DNA from: Klebsormidium nitens
Lineage: Eukaryota > Plantae > Klebsormidiophyceae
Assembly (NCBI GenBank): GCA_000708835.1
Contig: DF237414.1
Coordinates: 1-64,000 of the forward strand
Direction: 5' to 3'
Length of the DNA: 64,000 nt
Shown: positions 59,105 through 64,000 of the stretch, piece by piece
Numbering within the stretch: the stretch's first letter is position 1
How the letters are laid out: each line of letters begins with the position of its first letter
Position numbers and translations under genes: made by a program
Notes under the pieces: generated by a model
What the model was told of the DNA's origin: nothing
What the model saw: only the letters and a program-made list of their open reading frames with translations
The model's database searches: none

Positions 59105-62100
59105 ATGCCGCCCAAGGCATCTTCTGCCGCAGAAACCAGGGTGTACAAGGGGACTACGAATGTCAATGGCAAGTCCTACTGGCGGCACCCAAGCAGGCCG
59201 TGGGTGGTGGTCAGAGGGAAAGTCCCTGGTTTGTATGCTCTGCTTAACGGTGCGTTTCCTCTTTGTTCCCCTTCTTATTTTCAGGAAACAGCTTCGTATC
59301 TCTGTCATTGTTTTGTTCTGGGAGCTCGATGGTGTCTGCTTTGTCTTGAAGTCCACATTGTAACCTACACATGGTTAAGGTCTATGCATAATAGAAGCTG
59401 GATGAGTTCAGAGTCTTGTTTAATCTAGCGTAATCCGGCCCGCTCTAAGCCTGCACCTGGCATCCATTGAGAGTGCCTGTGTTGCGATGCCCCCACTCAG
59501 GCTTTCGGTTAAGTTGATTGCTTATCTACATCTTTCAATCGCTCCGTTACTAGTATTGGCCATTTTCCTCCTTGCTCTTCCTGAAGCCTGTTGTGTCTGT
59601 AGGCCCCTATGGAGCGGAGAATCAGATCAAGGGGTATCCTTATGGCAAGTACGTCCGCCAGAGTTCCCACACGGAAGCAGTTGCCTTCCTGGATGCCAAT
59701 GGAATGGACATCAACACGCACGATTGGGCGAGGCTCCCTGGGGATGAGAGACTTCTCGCAGAGTGGAACAGGTAGGCCTTGTTCCGATTCAGCCCCACTA
59801 ACCATTTTTGTGGCTTACAATAACCAGAATAAACTACCGCTCAGACTGCTGTAAAATGCCCTTTCGTTCCCTCTTCCTTCGTTGGGGGTCAGATCGCGGA
59901 GACTTTTTGGAAATTGACTGTGCAACTCAATTGGAACCTTCGCTCTTCTGTATGCATCCATTTTGCAAGCTCAATGTTCAGGCGAACGCCTTGTTCTGAT
60001 TGCCTACAATCAGCATCTCTCTGCCGCCAACTGGAAATGAGGTTGACTTTGAATGCAATCAAGTATCACCTTGGGCGTCACAGTCACGCTTGGACTTCTT
60101 AGTAAAATCGAGATCCTGGCCTTTGCTTTGTACCCTTAGCTTCAAGTATCCCCTTAGAGGAGCTCTTTTAAGTATCCCCTTGGACTGAGCTCCTCTGAAG
60201 CACTTCCACATGGTTGAGACAGCTGTGCCCATTGACTGTACCCTGTTTCCTTGAGCAGGCAGATGGCACTCTATGAAGAGAAGGTCAACGGGGACCCAAA
60301 CTTCCTTGAACAACTCAGGGCGGAGGGGCGTGCCCTGGGCCTCACGGACGAGGCTGATCAGCCTCCAGACGAGTCTACGATGCTGCTGCGCCTGTCTGCG
60401 CGAATGCACGTCCTTGAGAAGGAAAACGAGGAGCTCAAGGTGGGGGCTGTTGTGCACACTCTCTTTGCCAAGATTTTCGATGTTGAGGAAGTGAACGAAG
60501 AGAAAGCAACAAAGGGAGAGGTATACAGGTTTGTTGAGCAACAAAGGGAATGTGCAGCTGCCTAGGTGAGACCTGTCGATCGGGGCTTCTGAATTGGAGA
60601 TTGGTCGTCTGTTGGCTGCAATGAATGAGAGACGACTTGAACTGTGGAAAGCTCCTCACCCTCCTGTGTCTGAATAGCCCTTTGAATATGATTCGCACCA
60701 TCGCATAACACAAGAAATATTTCGTTGGAAAGGATCTCAATGAATTGGACAGAGAAAAAGGGAGATTCCTGACAGGGAGAAACAATGAGGGAAGTCTCGA
60801 GGCTATTTTTAGGGGCAGAACGGAGCTCAACTCGATTGCTGCAGGCCGCAAACGTCGCGCAGCAGACCATGTATCGCAAGGCGCTCGTCGAGGCAGACAA
60901 GATGGCGCAGAAGCAGGTGATGCGCCAGTTTCGTGAGTTCCAGGCGAAGGAGGAGGCGCTCAAGAAACGGATTGCAGAGCTCGAGGCGACCCTCGCAGCG
61001 GTACCCGCCCTCGGGGAAGCTCCACCCCTGCAGATCACGGATGGCGGGACGGAGTCAGGGGGTGCGGGGCTGGCGAGTGCTCCGCGAGGGAACAATGGGG
61101 GGGTTTCGCAAGCTGCTAACTTTACAGAGGAAGGAAGGTCTGTCAGGGACGAAGGTCCGGCAAGGGGAGAAGGGGGATCGAGAGGGGCAGAGTTGGACCG
61201 ATCGATTGCGAATCGTGCGGCAGAGGCCGTGAGATTTGACAGGTCGGGTGCGCATGTGAGCGGGACGCAGGAGGCGCAGTTCGACAGGGGGGCTGATACG
61301 CAGGCGCCAAGGGGGGGCCCACCTGAGGAGCAGGATGGGGGCGTAGACGGAACGGGGGTGCTTTCTGACGACGAAGAAATGTTGGCGGAGATCCTGAACG
61401 GGGGCTTGAGCGGCGCCGAAGCCGAAGAAGCTGCGGCGTACCGAGAGGTCGGGGCCAAGCGGGACGGGCAGCACAATGTGGGGCCGCCGAGGCCCAGCAC
61501 TGAGCGGGGACAGCGAGAGAACGAAGTCGAGATGCATTCGGAGGAATTCACAGCAACCGGAAATGGTGGGAGCGACCCTGTGAGATCAGAAGATCAACTT
61601 GCAAACCCTCCTCTCGCGGATTTGAACCTTCCCCCGGGTCGGGTCTTACCGGTCATACCGTTCGGGGCCGTGGAAAACGCTCCTGCAGTCACCCCGAACA
61701 GGCCCGCCGCAGCTACGTCTTCCGTAGCGAGAAGCACCGAAGCTGCTCGGGCTTCGTCAGTGCCCTCGGTATGCGAAGCGTCCGCTTCTGTGCCTCTCTC
61801 AGGGATCAGGGCCCCTTTAGAAACGACTGCCCGCGAAACCCGGGTTGAAAGGACGGTCCCACAACTCCCCGTTGTCAGTGTGCCCCGTTTGCCGAATGTC
61901 GCCGTCGCCCCCCGTCCTGACGGTCCTTTGCCAATCGAAACGATCACTGGGCCTCGCACATTGCAAAGTCGGGTCGAAGTAGAGAGGCCTGACCAGGCTT
62001 CGAAAGGGTTGGCTGCACCAAGTAGACCGCAGGCGGGTTCCGGGCGAGAGTCGGTGCCTCACAATGTGGTCACGCCCGCTGGTCCTGCCCGGGTTTCCCC

Positions 62101-64000
62101 TAACCCTGCAGCTAACCCCGTCGACCCACATCTCAACAACCAAGCTCCGGTTACTGATAACCCTGCGGGGTTGGGTGGGGTTACTGCCGACCGGGCGGCC
62201 GCTCTGGAGGGTCTGTTGCAGAGCGGGGTGTTCAAGAGTGCGGCTCGGCATAGGCGGAAGCTGCTGATGACGTATAAGGGGGGGAAGCAGCCGGCGAAGA
62301 AGCCAACCGCACCGGCTCCCAGGAAAACGGACTACGTCAGGCAGGGCGAGGAGGGATACGTAGAAGGGGAGCAGAGCGTAGAGCTTGGACGGTCCAGTGG
62401 GGAAGCGAGAGAGAGTAACGGAAGTTTTCGGACGGCTAGCGGGGTTGAGCAACTAGATGGGAGTCCGGGAGTTCCTCCAAAAGAACGTGGAGCTTTGGTC
62501 GCGCACCGAAGTGTTGGTGTGGGTGGGCCAGAGGCGACCAGCGGTATCGCCTTCCGATCCGTTGGCAACCAAGGGGCTCGATCCCTGCTACCAACGGAAG
62601 CTGTCGGAATGCCTGGGGCAGGGGTGGCGGCGCCAAGTTCAGCTGTTGGGGCGACTGTTAGACGCGCTTACTTCCCAAGTGAACTCATTCCTGCAGTTCT
62701 GACGGATGCGGGAACCCAAGCCACGGGTCTCGGGTCTGCCAGCGCAACTGAAGCGGCCAGTACACCTGTCGGAGCGATCGCGCCAGCTGTCGAGCCGCCA
62801 TTTGTGGACCCGAGGATAGCGCCCGGGCTTGGCATTCCGGTGGGGTTGCAGGGTCTTGGCCTTGGACTGGGACAGTCAAGACAGCCTAACCGACCCAGCG
62901 AACAAACAAATATGGGCTTGGAGGAAAATGCGGTCGCGGGGCAGGCGCCCGAGCCGGCCAAGAAAAGGGCGCCACGGAAACGAAAGAGCGCTGCAGAGAC
63001 CGGCGACCCCGCTCCGAGGAAGAGGAAGAAGAAGGTCGCCGGGGAAGGGACTTCAGGCGAGCTAGGAACCGGGGTGTCTACTGAGGCGTCGGGAGAGGTG
63101 GCAACTAGAGCGACGGGGACAACGGGAGGGGATAACGTAGCAGGAACGTCAGGAGGGGGGGTGCCTGGAGGGGCGGCTGGAGGGGAGGGTACTGAAATTC
63201 GGGTGGGTGCTAGGACCGGAGTCGGAGCGGAGAAGGCCAAGAGAAAGAGGGTGCGAAAGCCAGATTCGCGGTACTTCAATCCGGACGGGACGAGAAAGCC
63301 GGCGGAGGAGCGGCCGCCGCCAAAGCCACGAAGGGCACGTGAGTACTCCATTGCCCATTTCAAAAAAGCCAGTTTTTAGGCTGTCGTCGTATGGGCTTGA
63401 TGGCAACCAGAATCTCGATCGCTCTAACAAAGTCCGAGTCTTTGCTTCAGCTATTATTGCAATTCTGGATCGAGGCAGTTGGTCATTTCTGCACAGGGAC
63501 TGAGAGCAGACGACACTGATCCCTGACTCTTTCCTTGTGATGAAAGGCCCACATAAGTGCCACATCAAACAGTGCTCGCGGTATGTCGTCGAAATTGGTC
63601 CACCTCAGTGCAGGCCGTCAGATTGTTTGACATTGAACGGACTTTTCAGAAAGCAATAAGGAATGAGTCGAACCTGCTGAAGTCTCCCGCTACTGTGACC
63701 CGATGAAAAGATGGAACTTGTTGGAACATACATCAAATATCTTGGTAAGGAAGAAAACCAGCAGGAGAACTAACGGGTTTCCATATCCGCCATGCCTAAA
63801 TGCTGCCCACTCTCGATTTGCAGCCAATCCGGAGACCGAGCGCATAAAGAACAGGTGCCGCTTCGATGGCTGCTCCAAGTACGCGACGTTCGGCTACCCG
63901 ACCGGCCCCGGGAGCATCCGGCGCGCGCGCTGCGTGGCGCACAAGCTGCCCGGGATGCTCACGGACAAGAGGTGCCACGTCGAGGGTTGCGAGGTGGGTG
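59105..64000 (+). CDS. Large protein (over 1050 aa, 3'-truncated by the window): N-terminal RNase H1 hybrid-binding/Cauli_VI-like domain, coiled coil, long A/G/P/E-rich region, then EsV-1-7-like Cys-rich repeats
   Basis: Exons are 59105-59249, about 59602-59772, about 60259-60439, about 60771 (or 60845)-63338 and 63824-about 63993, in consistent phase. The splice-joined N-domain reads WVVVRGKVPGLYALLNGPYGAENQIKGYPYGKYVRQSSHTEAVAFL. The last exon reads CRFDGCSKYATFGYPTGPGSIRRARCVAHKLPGMLTDKRCHVEGCE. Confidence 0.8.

Noticed and set aside
59140-59720. AP2-like domain (YKG...W...EA...D)
   Set aside because: After splicing, the RG..PGLY and KGYP..KY..S..EA..FL pattern fits the RNase H1 N-terminal/Cauli_VI domain much better.
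60130-60200. AAGTATCCCCTT twice, plus the inverted pair AGAGGAGCTC/GAGCTCCTCT, in an intron
   Set aside because: Only two 12-nt copies and a short stem; this is compatible with local slippage.

Overview
Gene-dense, intron-rich eukaryotic nuclear DNA with GT-AG introns of about 0.05-1.2 kb, GC-rich exons, plastid transit peptides and land-plant-type gene families. This fits a streptophyte green alga such as Klebsormidium, which is an inference only. I reconstructed 13 protein-coding genes by reading splice sites and reading-frame phase by hand: (1) a plastid membrane protein with an AtpI/CGL160-like C-terminus (+); (2) a plastid FHA-domain protein (-); (3) MED22 (+); (4) RPL5/uL18 (-); (5) a GT8 glycosyltransferase (+); (6) a three-finger RanBP2-type zinc-finger protein (-); (7) a WAC-DDT-WHIM-WSD ISWI partner, DDW1-like (+); (8) a TPR protein (-); (9) a WRN-type exonuclease with a C-terminal HTH (-); (10) a SAM methyltransferase (+); (11) an orphan two-helix membrane protein (-); (12) a Sac1-type phosphoinositide phosphatase (-); and (13) a large protein, truncated by the window end, that joins an RNase H1 N-terminal/Cauli_VI domain to EsV-1-7 cysteine repeats (+). 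A Tourist/PIF-Harbinger-like MITE (38-bp TIRs, TTA target duplication) sits upstream of RPL5. Two observations stand out. First, about a dozen exon-intron junctions in five genes carry intronic 'echo' copies of the junction itself: one to three extra copies, mostly 85-225 nt apart. Several copies keep their AG or GT, some diverge mainly at synonymous positions, and one forms a complete in-frame 99-nt candidate exon. Second, the last gene has an unusual architecture built from virus-associated domains. Domain names come from recognising motifs by eye; no database search was run.
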